Assembly (NCBI RefSeq): GCF_009914755.1
Contig: NC_060947.1
Length of the DNA: 64,000 bases
Strand: one strand, 5' to 3'
Source of the DNA: the human T2T-CHM13v2.0 reference genome, Homo sapiens
Of the stretch, positions 13,479 to 27,322 are shown piece after piece (within the stretch, counting starts at the first letter, position 1; each line of letters opens with the position of its first letter). Made by a program: the position numbers and the translations under genes. A model generated the notes under the pieces. That model was not told where the DNA came from. It ran no database searches and was given only the letters and a program-made list of their open reading frames with translations.

Positions 13479-15381
13479 GTCCACTTAAATGAGCATAGTG
13501 TGGTTTTAAATCAGTCCTTTTTTATTTAGTATTCAGTAGAGGATAGTTCACTAGAAGCTTTGTGGTTTTTCAGATTCATAGCTAGTAACAAAAGTTAGGG
13601 TCATCATCTATAGAGAAAATTTTATGCAGTTTCCTTATGCATTTTTGGAAAGTGGCCAAAGAACATTTTTGCTATTTTTCTCAAAATGGAGTTTTATTTA
13701 CTTTTTATTATGAAAAACACAAACTTATAGAAATATTCACTCAATAAAGAAGGAATTAAAAAAGTGAAAACCACGCATAAAATTGCTACCTCAGCACAAT
13801 CATGTTAAAACTGTTGTTCATTTCTCTAGATGTTTCCCATAAAAACACACGTACACAAGGACATGCAAACATTTTCAAAAATGAAGTCATGAGATATGCT
13901 CTTTGAAATTTCCTTTTCCTCTTCATGGTAATAGACATATCTACATGATCATTTTAACGAGTTTATATACTCATTTTTTATGTCATAATTTATCCTGGTC
14001 TCTGCCTTTGAGTTATACTCTCCACTTCTCTGCCATTTTTTGAACAATTATAAATAGTTATTGGTAATCATCCTCTTTATTCAACTTTTATTATAGGTTC
14101 AGGGAGCACATGTACAAGTTTGTTACAAAGGTATATTATCTGATGGTGAGGTTTGGAGTATGAATGAATTTGTCTTTCAGGTATTGGGCATAGTACCTGA
14201 AAGGTAGTTTTTCAGCCCTTGCCTCCCTTCCTCCCTCCTCCCTGTTGTATTCCCCAGTGTCTGTGGTTCTCATGTTTATGTCCATGTGTATGCATTGTTT
14301 AGCTCCCATTGGTAACTGAAAATATGCAATATTTGGTTTTCTGTTTCTGTGTGTATTTGCTTAGGATAATAGACTCTAGCTGCATCCATGTTGCTGCAAA
14401 GGATATGATTTTATTCTTTTTTACGGCTGCATAGTATTCCATGGTTTAAATGTATGACATTTTCTTTATCCAATCCACTGTTGATGGGCACCTAGGTTGA
14501 TTCCATGTCTTTGCTATTGTGCATAATGCTGCAGTGAACATATGGGTGCATGTGTCCTTTTGGTAGAACGACTTATTTTCCTTTGGGTATATACCTGGTA
14601 ATGAAATTGCTAGATCAAATGGTAGTTCAACTCTTAGTTCTTCAGGAAATCTCCAAACTATTCTCCACAGTGACTAGACTAATTTACATTCCCACCAGCA
14701 GTGTATAAGTGCTTTTCTCTGCAGCCTTGACAGCATCTGTTTTTAGAAATTTTTATACACCAGTCAGAATGGCATCTCATTGTGGTTTTGATTTACATTT
14801 CTCTGATGATTAGTGATGATGAGCATTTTTTCATATATTTGTTGGCTGCTTGTATGTCGTCTTTTGAGAAGTATCTGTTCGTGTATTTGGCCCATTTGTT
14901 AATGGGGTTGTTTTTTGCTTGTTAATTTTTTTTAAGTTCCTCATAAATTCTGGATATTAGGTCTTTGTCAGATGCATAGTTTGCAAATATTTTCTCCCAT
15001 TCTGTCGGTTGTCTATTTACTCCCTTGATAATCTCTCTTGCTGTGCAGAAGCTCTTCAGTTTAATTAGGTCCCCCTTGTCAATTTTTGTTTTTGTTGGAA
15101 TTGCTTTTGAATACTTAGTCATAAATTCTTTAACCAGGCTGCTATTGAGAAGGATATTTCCTAGGTTTTCATCTAAGATTTTTATACTTTGAGGTCTAAC
15201 ATTTAAGTTATGAATCCACCTTGAGTTATTTTTGTATATGGTGAAAAACAAGGGTCCAGTTTCATTCTTCTGCATATGGATGTCAAAGTCTTTTTGCAGG
15301 TCTATAAGAACTTGTTTTATAAATCTGGGCACTACAATGTTGGGTGCATATATATTTAGGATAGTTAAGTCTTACTGAATT

Positions 15382-16502
15382 TGTAAACCAAAAATTACAT
15401 TCTAAGCCCCCCCTCCCCCGCCTCACCCCGACCCCCAACTGACTGAATGGATCCTCCTCTTGGCCAACAGGACACATCAAAACCTGAAACGCTAGTTCAG
15501 GTCATCACAGAAAGAGGGGGGTCAGACATGCATCATTATTCTCTCCTCCCTTTGGAGTTCAGGCATACAGCTGACCAGCATTAACATTAAAATAGAGATT
15601 GGCAAGGCACAGTGGCTCATGCCTGTAATCCCAGCACTTTGGGAGGCCAAGGCAGGAGGATTGCTTAAGGCCAGGCGTTTGAGACCAATCTTGGAAAAGT
15701 AGTGAGACCCTGTCTCTACAAAAAATTTAAAAAATTAGCTGGGTGTGGCGGTGCATGCCTGTAGTCACATCTACTTGGGAGGCTGAGAAGGGAAGATTGT
15801 TTGAGCCAAGGAGTTGGAGGCTGCATTGAGCTGTGCTAGCACCACTGCACTCCAGCCTGGGTGACAGAGTGAGACCTTGTTTCTATCAATCAATCAATCA
15901 ATCAATCAGTCAGTCAGTCATCCTAAGACTGACAGAATAGACTCTTTGTAGCAATAAGATACCAAATTCCCAACTGACTCTAGTATAGCATCACTTGACA
16001 GGTAGCAGGGCCATGAAAGAAATCAAAGTATTTTACCCCCAAATATATTTCTTTGACATATTTTGAAATGGCCCTGCAAAGCTGTCTTTTATGGTGGAAA
16101 TTCACATTCTATAGAGATCCCCTTCCCTTTCTTGGCCTTTTTTTCTGATCCTAAAGACATTAGCTGAGAGACTAGCATCACTCCTTTCTATTGATTGCAG
16201 GTCTTTAGATAATAACTGAACTCTTTCAACCAATTACCAATCAGAAAATCTTTGAATCCCCCTATGACCTGCAAGCCTCCTCTGAGTTATCCCATCTTTC
16301 TAGACTGAACCAATGTATACCTCATATGTATTGGTTGATGTCTTATATCTCCATAAAATATATAAAACCAGGCTGTAACCTAACCACCTTGGGCACATGT
16401 TCTCAGAATCTCCTGAGGTTGTGTCACAGATCCCGATCCTCAATGTTGGCAAAATAACTTCTAAATTGATTGAGAGCTGTCTCAGATACTTTTTGGTTTA
16501 CA
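15382..16502 (+). mobile_element. MER4-family ERV1 solo LTR inserted in L1 ORF2
   Basis: Termini TGTAAACCAAAAA...TTTTTGGTTTACA (13-bp inverted repeat) and a 4-bp TSD AATT (15378-15381, 16503-16506), typical of ERV1. Confidence 0.88.
15601..15919 (+). mobile_element. AluJ within the MER4 LTR, tail converted to (TCAA)n(TCAG)n
   Basis: Dimeric Alu with J-type GGAGGATTGCTT and TTGAGCCAAGGAGTT. Tetranucleotide repeat at ~15886-15919. Confidence 0.93.
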
Positions 16503-19500
16503 AATTGCGCTCTTTATTGTTATGTAATGCCCTTCTTTGTCTTTTTAAAAATCATTGTCATTGTTTGTTTAAAGTCTATATTATGTGATATAGGAATAGT
16601 AACCCCTGCTCTTTGTTTACCATTTGCATGATAGAGCTTTCTCCATCCCTTTACTTTGAGCCTATGGGTATTGTTACATGTTAGATTGGTCGCTTGAAGG
16701 CAACAGACAGTTGAGTCTTGTTTATTTCAATTCAACTTGCCATTCTGTAACTTTAAAATGAAGTATTTAGCCCATTTACATTCAAGATTAATATTGATAT
16801 GTGAGGATTTGGTCCTGTCATCATGTTGTTAGCTGGTTGTTATGTAGACTTGATTGTGTAGTTGCTTTTTAGTGTCTCTGGGCTATGTGCTTAAGTGTTT
16901 GTATTTGGTGGCAGGTATCATTCTTTCATTTATATGTTTACCACTCCATTAAGGACCTCTTGTAAAGCTGGTCTAGTGGCAACGAATTCCTTTAGCATTT
17001 GCTTTTCTGAAAATAATTTTATTTCCCCTTAGCTTATGAAGCTTAGTTTGGTGGGATATGAAATTTTTGGCTGGAATTTTTTTTCTTTAAGGGTGCTGAA
17101 AATAGGCCCCCAATCTCTTCTGGCTTATAAGGTTTCTGATAAGAGGTCTGCTATTAGCCTGATGGGGTTCTCTTTGTAAGTGACCTGTTTCTTCTCTGTA
17201 GCTGCCTTTAAGATTTTTCTTTCACATTGACCTTGGACAATCTGATGACTATGACTATGTTTCTTAGAGATGGTCGCCTTGTCTGGTATCTTGTAGGGGT
17301 TCTCTGAATTTCTTGAATTTTCATGTTGATCTCTCTAGCAAGATTGGGAAAATTTTCACGGGCTATATTCTCAAATATGTTTTCCAACTTGCTTCCTCTC
17401 TCCTTCTCTCTCAGGAATGCCAGTGAGTTATAGGTTTGTTCTCTTTACATAATTACACTTTTCTTAGAGGTTTTGTTTATTTTTTAATGTTTTTTTCTTT
17501 AATTTTTCTGCTTGAGTTGATTTGAAGGAGTGGTCTTTGCGCTCAGAGATTCTTCCCTCAACTTGGTCTATTCTGTTGTTAATGCTTCCAATTGTATCAT
17601 GAAATTTCTGTATTGGATTTTTCAATTTCAGAAGTTCAGTTTGGTTCTTTTTAAAAATGGCTATGTTATCTTTCAGCTCTTGGATGATTTTACTGTTTTC
17701 CTTGGATTGGGCTTGAACTTTCTTCTGTATCTCATTGACCTTCCTTGCCATCCAGAATCTAAATTCCATGGCTATCATTTTAGTCATTTCAGTCTGGTTA
17801 AAAACCATTGCTGGGGAGCTAGTGCAATCATTTGGAGGTAAGAAGACACTCTGACTTTTAGAATTGCTGGAGTTCTTGTGCTGGTTCTTTCTCATCTGTG
17901 AGGGCTGGTGTTACTCTGTCTTTTGAAGTTGCTTTTGTTTGGATGGGCCTTTTTTTTCATGTTCTTTACTTCCCTTGAGGATTTGACTGTGGTGTAAGTT
18001 GAGTATAGTCAATTGTCTTCATTTCTGGATGCTTTCAGAGGGCCAAGGCTCTGTATGCAATCCCTTATTTGTAGCCAGAATCCTGCATTGTGTTTAGCAG
18101 GCAATGCCTGTTGGAAGAATTTTTGGTGGTGTAATTCAGGATGCAATCCTTTAGATGGTGCTTAAGATTAAGGGCTGACAGACTCTTGCTCAGCCATGTG
18201 CTTCTTTTGTATTTCAACACGTTGACAGCAGTGCTCTGTGATGGAGGAGGTGGGGTTGGTGGAGAGATCCCCTCGCCGAGTCCATTCCCGGGTTTTAGTT
18301 GAGCCTTCTCCAATCACTGGTCCCACACCTGCCTTTCCTTAGCTCCAAGAAGGACCCTGGTGAGCTGTGCCCCCTCCCATGGGGGCAGCCCTAGCTGAAG
18401 TTTAGTTCACCAGAAGACTCACAGCTCTCTGGAGGCACACTGGTCCTGTGTGTTTGGTAGAGTCAGAGCAGGTTGTGAGGTATGTCTGCAGGTGGTCTGT
18501 TGATGCAGTAGGTCAAGAGCCGGGGATCTTTGGGCAGGATGGTGTTACTGTGGGTGTGCAGCTGGTGTGGCACCTGCAGTCTGGGGCTTTTTGCCCAGCA
18601 GATGGCTGTAGGAATTACCCAGCTAGTGCTCCCTCAACTGGGTCTCTCCTTCCAGTGATTGCCCCCCAAACTGGCCCAACCAACTAGTTTTGTCCTAAGC
18701 GTTCTGTACCTAGACTGCTGGGCTGTTAGGTGTTTCAGGTTGTGGGGCTTACCTCCCTCAGGGAGAAGCTGGCCACACCCCTTTCAGACTGGCCCTGTGG
18801 AGGAATGCACACTCAGCCCCCGAACTGGCCCATGAACCTGCACCTTACTCTTCCTAGTGCTCTGAGAGTGAGAGCTTCCCCCCACCCTGAAGTTAAGTAC
18901 TAGATGTACTGGGTGAGCCAAGCTTCTCCCAGGTAACCAACAAAGTGCTCTGGTGGGGGCTGCCGGCAAAAGCACTCAGTGGAGGCTGCACTGTGTGTCT
19001 GCTCCTATGGAACGGCCAAGCAGGGACCCTGGGAGGGGGAAGTGAGCAAGAGGGCATGCAAATCAGACATGCCCCAGTCCCATGAGAAAGACAGCCCTGC
19101 TCTCTCCAGGTTCGACAATCCACTGAAGTTAGAGCCTCTTAGAGGAATACGGAGAGCCTTGGGGAATGGGTGCTTATGACTGTGTTTTGTTGTAAATGTC
19201 CTCATGCAAAACTGCCTGAGCTCCACGCGGGCTCAAGCACTGTCTCTGCCGACTCTCTGGGCAGTTTCCCCTGCCAACTCAAATGTCCATGTAGGTCATG
19301 GAATCTCCCACAGTTAGGATCCTGGAGGTCCATGGTAAGATTGGGCTGCTCTGCAGTTACTTCACTCACCCCTTCCTTAGGAGCTAATCAGGGCCAAGAA
19401 TGAGTCCTGGTGCTCAGGAACTCCATAAGCTATATGGGATACAGGGTTCCCAGCTTCCTGCCTCCCTCTTCAGGCCCAGTGTCTGTGTAATCTCTCCATT

Positions 19501-20546
19501 AACTCTGAGTGCTTTCTCTGAAAAGATCAGTTTGAAGTATACTTAATTTGGTTTACTCAATATTTTAGTCTCTCTCAGTGGGACAGGCTCTTCCTGGCTA
19601 TGTCTAGTTCGTCATCTTGCCCTCCCTTCTGATAATCATTCTTGTTCATTCATCTTTGTGCACTTACCCAGTATTTTCTTAGCATACTTTCTTAAGCATA
19701 TATTTCTAGAAGGGTATGCACGTTTAAGGGCCTTGGATGAATATTATACTATTCTCATTCAAAAAGATAGGACTCACCGATTGAATATGAGAGTGTTTTC
19801 CCCCATAATGAGCTTGATAACACTGAACATTATTAAACTTGTTAATATTTGGCGTTGTGATGAACAAACATACTGTCATCTTAACCTGGACTTCCTCAAT
19901 TGAAAGTGAGATTGAACATCTTTTAAAATGTTTCTTGACCATGTATGTTGTGGATTGCTTATATCTTTTATTAATTTTGGTACTATGGAGTGTACATTTT
20001 TCACTGATTTATAAGTTCTTTCTCTCTCTCAAACACATTTATTTGCTACCTTAGTCTGTTACAAATTATACAAATATTTCTTTTCCATAATGCAATTTGA
20101 AGTTTAACTTTGATACTGGTGGGCTGTTTGGCTGTAAATAGATTTTAAATGTTAAATTACTTAAATATATCATTTTAAATATAGTTTATGGCTTTGGCAT
20201 GGTTCTTAGTATGTGTTTTCCATCAAAATATTATACAAATACTCATTTCATTATTTCTATTTAAAAAATTATTTACATTTACTTTTTTTACATTTTTTAA
20301 ATTTACCATGTTTATATTTTTATATTTATGATTTTGAATGGATCTGGAAATTTATTTTTATATATGGTGGGAGATAAGGATCCAATTTAAATTTTCCTTA
20401 AAATGTTGACCACTTATCCTAATGTAATTAATCATTTTTTGTTTACGAATTTTTATGTATGCCATTATCATTTCCTAATTAATTTGCATTGTAAAGATTC
20501 ATTTCCCTTCATATATCTCCCTCAGTACTGATTGAACTTCTACATG

Positions 20547-21032
20547 TGTCAAAAGAAAAAAAATAGAGCCTTACAGAAGTTAAAGCTGTAAAAATAGATT
20601 TTAAATTATAAATTGTAAATTTACAATAAAAAATCAGATATTATTGAAATTGGAGGAAAAGACCTCAGTATTGAGCTTGGCTCAATTCTGAATACAAGAA
20701 AAAGTAGGGATTTATATCCAAGGGGCAGAATGGAGGGGGTGGTGGATGGAAAATTACTGAGGGTAGGGTAATTCTTTCCTTAACAGACCAAAAAGCATTC
20801 TTACTGAAAGCAGGCCATAGTGATCAGATATAAAGGGTGGAGGATGAGGAATTGGATAGATATTGAGAGTTATCAAATATTGAGGGTGGGGATTCTCTCT
20901 GAACTGACTGACAGTATTCTTGCTAAAACCTTACTCTACAAGGACAGAAAGGGAAGCCCAAGGTGAGACCTAGCTGAGCAGAGGACTCAGAAGGATCTGA
21001 CTAAAGTTTGGTTAAGGAGAGGATCTTTGTCA
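20547..21032 (-). mobile_element. MER31/MER67-like ERV1 solo LTR
   Basis: Minus strand begins TGACAAAGATCCTCTCCTTAACCAAACTTTAGTCAG. TG...CA termini and 4-bp TSD CATG (20543-20546, 21033-21036). Confidence 0.8.
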
Positions 21033-21899
21033 CATGTAGATTAATAAATTAGTATTTTGAATTGTAAAAGTGTGTTTGTACTTACATGTCCTACAGGTGG
21101 GAAAGTATATCTAAAACTTGGGAAAGTATATCTAAAACTTACCTTAACAGTATCTGTACATGATTACAGTTGATCCAAAGCCATATCCATACGTTGAATA
21201 TTATTTCCCTATGTGTAATAAAAGGATTCTTGACTTTTACTGTGAATGTGGTATAGGAAAGAAGGGAATTCTCAAAACTGTATGCTAATTAATTTTAAAT
21301 TAAAGTTAGAGTTGAAAGTATTTAAATTCTCTGTTTCTTTAAATTATCCCTTGAAGACATTTCTGTGAATTTAAATTTTATGCGTAAGATACAGGTAAAC
21401 CTCAACTTTCAAACATTTGTCTTTTTAACCACTTATATTTTGTACATTAGATATTGACCACTTCACCATGTGCCACTAATGAAATTCATATTTTTATTCA
21501 TGAATTGATAAACATTTCAAGCTGTTGAATTATAACTCATCTTGTGGAAGTTTGCATCACACCATCTTTGTCTATTATTTTAAGTAATTGTTTCAATATT
21601 AGTCTTCATTGCATTTATGCTGCTAGTATTTTAAAATGAGAAAAAAATTTAAAAAATGCTAATACTATTGAAAAGGTGCTTTTGTCTCATAAACTTAGTA
21701 TAATTGAGACAGCAATGGAAATGGGCTGAAAATAGTGATTCTTTAGCTCTGACTGCTTGCTCATGGGCTTATGCCAGTAGATGATTTATGAATAAAAAAT
21801 AGAAGTAAGGAATATATACAATATGTTAGAAAACTATGTTGAAGTGATAAAATGTAATTAGTGCCTTTATAATATTTTTAGTTTTCTGGGAACAGAAAT

Positions 21900-22890
21900 G
21901 TCCTTAAAAGCAGGTTGCTAAATGCAACTGATATGTTCCTGTTCTCACTTTCCTTATTCTCTTAGAACGAAACACTTCTTGGAACCCTCTCTTCTCTTGT
22001 GTTCTATTCTTCATATTTTCTTGGTCATTTCTCTTTCTCTTCCAGTTCATCATCCTCTTCCCAGATTTTAAACGTTGCAGTTCTTTAATGCTCAAATCTA
22101 GGCCATCTCCTTTTCTCACCCTATGCTTTCTCCCTTTATAATCTGTTGAAGTCTATAAAACAGATGATGTACAAATCTAAATGTAGCTAGATACCTCTTC
22201 TAAAATACAAACCTTTACTCCACATTTTCTTGCTGATGACTCAAAGACATTGCAAATATCTAATGTCCAACCAGACTTGAATTCTGATCTTCCTCCCAAA
22301 TCTGTCTTTATTTTGGTGTCTACCCAGTTGTGCAAGCAAGATACCCAGAGTCATGCTTCCTCTCTGTCTCTCTTTTCTCTCTTCTCTCTCTCAACTGCAT
22401 ATGCAATCCTTTACCACGTCTTATTGATTTTACTTTCCCAGTGTCTTTTGAGTCTGTCTGGTTTTATTCATCCCAGACAGAAATTTGTTCCTGTCCGAAT
22501 TGTTCTTTACATTGAAAGTATGTATTTTTTTCCAGTTATAAAAAGTGATACTTAATATCTCTGTCTAAAAATCTTCAATATTTTTAAAATTCGTTTAAAA
22601 GAAAGGCAAAAGTTTTTGTTTGTTTGTTTTACCTTGACCTGTAAGCCCTGTATGATGTGGTTTCTACATATCTTTTCCACCTGTTTCTCCCATGATCTCA
22701 GGGATCTAGCCCCATGGTCCTTTCTTCTGTCAAATGATTTTTCTGACCATTAGCCCTCTTACTTTTTCATCTTCCTTCTGTATCTCTCTGCCTGGAACGT
22801 TCTTCCCTCCCTTATTTCCATAGCCAATTGTTTCCCATATTTGTATCTCAGCTTTTGTTATTCTCTAAGAGAAGCCATCCCCAGGGAAGT
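21900..22890 (+). mobile_element. Degenerate L2 LINE fragment
   Basis: Pyrimidine-rich with L2-like motifs (CTCTGCCTGGAACGTTCTTCCC, AAGCCCTGTATGAT). Boundaries approximate. Confidence 0.6.
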
Positions 22891-23031
22891 CTTTTCTTTG
22901 CCTTTTCTTAAAAATTTGTCTTCTTAGCCTTGCAACTATTGTGTCTCAGGATTCCTACATCTTGCCTCATTATTGCCATATATCACTACTTCCACTTCTT
23001 TTACTCTATGTAGAAATTTTGGTTGGCTCTC

Positions 23032-23166
23032 CTTTTTTTTAAGAAATGTGGGAATGTGGGGCTCACTGTGTTGCCCAGGCTGACCTTGAACTCCTGGGCT
23101 CAAGGCATCCTCCTGCCTCAGCTTCCTGAGTAGCTGGGACTACAGGTATGTGTGACTGCACCTGGC
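23032..23166 (-). mobile_element. FLAM / Alu monomer
   Basis: Single Alu arm TGTTGCCCAGGCTG...GAACTCCTGGGCTCAAG...GCTGGGACTACAGG. Confidence 0.85.
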
Positions 23167-23178
23167 ATCTCTGGCCAC

Positions 23179-23467
23179 TTTTTTTTTGAGATGGAGTCTT
23201 GCTCTGTTCCCCAGGCTGGAGTGCAGTGGCGCGATCTTGGCCCATGCAACTTCTGCCTCCCGGGTTCAAGCGATTCTCCTGCCTCAGCCTCCTGAGTAGC
23301 TGGGACTACAGGGGCGTGCTACCATGCCCGGCTAATTTTTTGTATTTTTAGTAGAGACAGGGTTTCACCGTGTTAGCCAGGATGGTCTGGATCTCCTGAC
23401 CTCGTGATCTGCCCGCCTCAGCCTCCCAAAGTGCTGGGATTATAGGCATGAGCCACTGCGCCTGGCC
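23179..23467 (-). mobile_element. AluSc/AluY-like full Alu
   Basis: Dimeric Alu with GTGTTAGCCAGGATGGTC and CTGACCTCGTGATC diagnostic positions. Confidence 0.95.
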
Positions 23468-24659
23468 TTCCAGCCATTTTTCATACAGTTGTGAGGCATG
23501 CTAAAGGCCAAGATGATGGGAATAATGTATCACTTGTTCTTAGAAATTCAAAGATCCTGGAACTGCATGGTATAATTCTTACATGATAAGGTAGTGTTGG
23601 AGAGATATGAGATTATAATCAATAGTTAGAAATATATGAAACATGTATTTGCAAAAGACAGATGAGACGTGTATGGTTAAATCTTGATGATGAGGATGTT
23701 GTTAAGGGGAAGAGATGAACATACAGAGGAAGAGATTCTCTGGGAGTGATATTCCTGAATATGAGGAAGGGGATGATGTTCAAGATACAGGTGGCATGGT
23801 TTACCTTTTCTGTTGAAACATGAGGAAAGAAGAAGGACACTGTTTAGTTGTGGTAGGTGCTAGAATGTTCATATTTTGTTGATAATTGCAGCACTTATGT
23901 GAATTATTAGGCATGGTCATATTTTAAACTGGAAGGAAAAGTAGAGATCCGTAGTTGGAAAACTTTTTTGAGCCCAGGAGTTGAGCAAAGAAACACAAGA
24001 AAAATTCTGCTAAGTGTGGGTTGTTCCCACTGAGATTACCATTGTGAATTTATTGGAGTCCAGTTTGCCCCATTGTATGACCTTCTTCAGTGGCACCTAG
24101 CTGACCTGGTGCTGGCTTAGACAAAGCAAATACCTGGTTTCATCCAGATTGGAGGTTTACCTTGATGGGTGTAATGAAAACACAGATGGGCTATAGAGTT
24201 AAGGTATTTGCCTAAGTTTTTTTTCTTTTTTCTTTTCTTTCTTTCTTCTTCTTTTTTTTTTTTAATGCTGGTTTTGTGTGCTCTGTGGTGGCCAAGGAGG
24301 AAGATGAAAAAGTAAGAAGGCTAATGGATTGGGAAAAAGTAAAAAGGTCAATGAATTTGTGTTCTTAATGAGCCCAAAGTACAGCAACTAAAAATTATTT
24401 CTTATAAATGTTTATAAATGTTTCTGCTATTTATCTAAAATTTAAAAATATTGTTTATTGTGAATCTCTTATCAATATGCTGTAATTTAGTTTCCAATCT
24501 GTGGAGAATGTTAGAGGAAATGATAATTTAATTCAATAATTTTTCATCCAATTCTAGATGCGAAATTGGACCAACCTCTAAAAAGGTTCTTTATAGAAAT
24601 GTCTTTTTTCACTGAGTAGCTTTTCTTGCCTTTTCTTATCCTAGAAGAAAATCAAGTTA

Positions 24660-25122
24660 AACAGTCAAGGGCCCAGCAGCAAGCAAATGACACATTCTAA
24701 GAACGATAATTTGAAGACAGTTTATTTAGAAAGGGGCTATTTACAAATGTATATCTAAGCGTAGTAGAGCTATAAGGGAAATTGCTAGTAACAGCTCAGC
24801 TTTTACCATCTTTAGGTATAAAAGGATGAGGAGAGGATGCAGTTCTATCCACAAGGATAGACATTCCTGTCAAGCTGGCAACCTTGGGAAGCGCCATGAC
24901 CTTTGGTTAAGGGATATCATCTAGCCATGCTGGTTTTGGAGGTGTAGAGTATAAATATTTTACTTTCCTTCTTCTGTCCATTCTCCAACTGACTAAACTC
25001 AAATGGAAAGAAATTCTGTTGTGATACGTACAAGTTAGCTTTTCAAGGTACAGAGCAGGGTGTTTTGAACGGTGGAGTATGGCTCTGGAGGCTGGAGGGC
25101 CAAATGGAAGATATCAGGCACG
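24660..25122 (-). mobile_element. LTR33-like ERVL LTR
   Basis: Minus strand starts GTGCCTGATATCTTCCATTTGGCCCTCCAG, resembling the recalled LTR33 5' end. Confidence 0.55.
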
Positions 25123-26929
25123 TGGAGAAAGGGAACTAACATTTTATTTCTTTTTCTAAATCAAATCCTGTTTCAAACACTCGGTATGCTTAGGATGAGG
25201 ACCATCTGATCTTTCATACTTTAGTTTCTTCAATCATGTATTCAAAGCTTGCTGTCTATGTGATAGATACTGTGTTAAGGACTGGATATATAAAGATACA
25301 TAAGACATGGTCCCCACCTTAAAGATGCAATATGTAGTGATAGAGATAGATTTAAGGAATATATAGACACCACTGTTAGGTTTATTATTATTATGTTTAC
25401 TATTTCGTATCTGAAGTCCTATGGTAGGCTGAAGAATAAACGACACTATTATTTGCCTGTATGTGTTTTATATGTGCTTAATGTGTCTGTGTGTGTGTGT
25501 GTGCATGCGTGTGTGTGAAGGTTGCTTGAGGGGAAGGAATGCAATTTCAATCAATCAGGCTTATCACTATCTGACTAACTTAATTAAAACATCACTTTCA
25601 TTAGATCACTTTTTTTTTTTGAGAATGTTTTACAAGAATTCTCAAAAGCTGCTTCTTGCTTTTCAGAGACCTCACTCCTTTGGTACCATCCTCACTTTCC
25701 TCTTTTTAAAACTTTTATTTTCCATCCTGACTTTCCAGTTGCATTTCCCAGCACCCTCCATGTGAGATCAGCAGGTCTACCTATCCCTACTGGCATTTTG
25801 CAATAATTTCTATGATGATTGTGTAATGCCAACCTCTCTTCCTCCCCAATTTAAGAAACTTTTAACCTCCTGCTGCTTATCATTCAACATTGTGCTCAAA
25901 TCCCACCTTCTGTGATTATAACTTTCATAATGTTTTAACTCACAAACAACTTGCCTAGTTTTGCTGGCCCTAATAGCCAGTTCCATGGTGAACTTAATTA
26001 TTTTTTAGATGTCTTCCATGTGCTAATTTTGATTCCACAGGTATGTTATACACATGTCTATCATTTACTCTGTATCTCCTTCAGAACCTAGGAATGTGTT
26101 GAGTTCAATAAATACTTAATTGAGAGCCTTGTGTGAAGGTACCAGGCCAAATATGCCACTGTTATTGGAAAAATAACTCAAAGGAGATGCTCTACCAATT
26201 GAGGGGCATAATTTTGTTTGAAAGACAAAGAATTATATTATTCGTTTGAATTATTCATAATTTCTGTTTTCTTGTTATGATGTTTTGGTTATCTTTGAAT
26301 AGATTTTAGATTATGACTTTTAGCTGTGGTCTGTATAACATGGTTGACCTCTAATTTTCGATGTATTGTATGGAGTGTGGAGTATCATCAATCCAAAATT
26401 GAATCACTCTGTACTTCCTTTTGCTAGTGTTTTTGGATTCTACATGAAATCCTCTCAATGTTTCTTTCTGTTAACCTCATATTGTGAATCTATGTGTGTG
26501 AGGTCTATCGCCCAAGGCTTCAATGAAAGCATCAGTGTGACTGCTTCTTCTTTGCAGGCCTGGTTTTCTCTCTCCTGACTTCCTATTAGAGACTTTACCA
26601 TCAAGTTCAAGTTGCTTTTCTTCTACATATATTTTCTTTTCAGTCATCCTATTCATTATTCCTTTATTATTCTTTTCAAGAACACTAGAAAGAACTAAAA
26701 GTCCAGTAGTAGAGGATTGTTTAAGTAAAATATGTGTCATCTATAGGATTTAATAATGTGTATTGGAATGGTTTCATACTGCAAATATTTATCGGTGCTA
26801 AAAGAAAAAATTCAGTTGATAAAATAGTGTGCAAATATTGTCTCAATTTTATAAAAATATAAAATATATATGCTTTCAAAAATATAAAAATAATATTTAA
26901 AAATATAATTCGTGGGTAATACATGTTTT

Positions 26930-27322
26930 TTAGCAGACGTTAATGCTTTTTAGAAAATATTTCTGGTTCTCTGGGTCCATGGTAGGATTGTTCTTCCTCA
27001 TTTCATTTGGTGGTTAAGTGTGATAGTGTGGCTTGTTTTGCCCTATGACATGTGGATGGAATATGTAAATGTTACTGCCAAGTGGTACTTCAAGAGAAAA
27101 TTTGAGATTTGCATTCCCTTTCTACTGCTGCTATTGTTATGGAGGCATTTGCTCAGATGATACCTTCATTAGCCAAGTTTCTGAGTGACCAACGAACAGA
27201 AACACTCCTGTTGACCCATGTTGGATGTGTCACGAGTGAGAAATAGTCTTTTGTTGTGCTAAACTATAGAGATTTGGGGGGTTGTTTGCCAGGGTTGCAT
27301 AATCTGGTCCATCCTGAATAAT
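26930..27322 (+). mobile_element. Old MLT1 (MLT1I/J-like) solo LTR
   Basis: 3' end GAGTGAGAAATAGTCTTTTGTTG...GAGATTTGGGGGTTGTTTG...CCATCCTGAATAAT. Confidence 0.7.

Larger units (their letters stand above)
14075..19629 (-). mobile_element. L1 (L1PA13-16/L1PB-like) with both termini, a large internal ORF2 deletion and a nested LTR plus Alu
   Basis: 3' UTR from ~14080, ORF2 C-terminal remnant 14922-15280, ORF1 N-terminal remnant MRKNQHKNSSNSKSQS (17464-17895), GC-rich 5' UTR to ~19627. Degenerate TSD TGGTAATCATCCT (14062-14074) / TGATAATCATTCT (19630-19642). Confidence 0.9.

Noticed and set aside
14922-15332. 136-aa fusion ORF
   Set aside because: Chance open frame across the L1 deletion junction that switches frames relative to ORF2
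21099-21140. Perfect 21-bp tandem duplication GGGAAAGTATATCTAAAACTT x2 (similar degenerate 25-bp duplication at 4936-4985)
   Set aside because: Ordinary slippage duplications with two units and no spacers, so not array- or CRISPR-like
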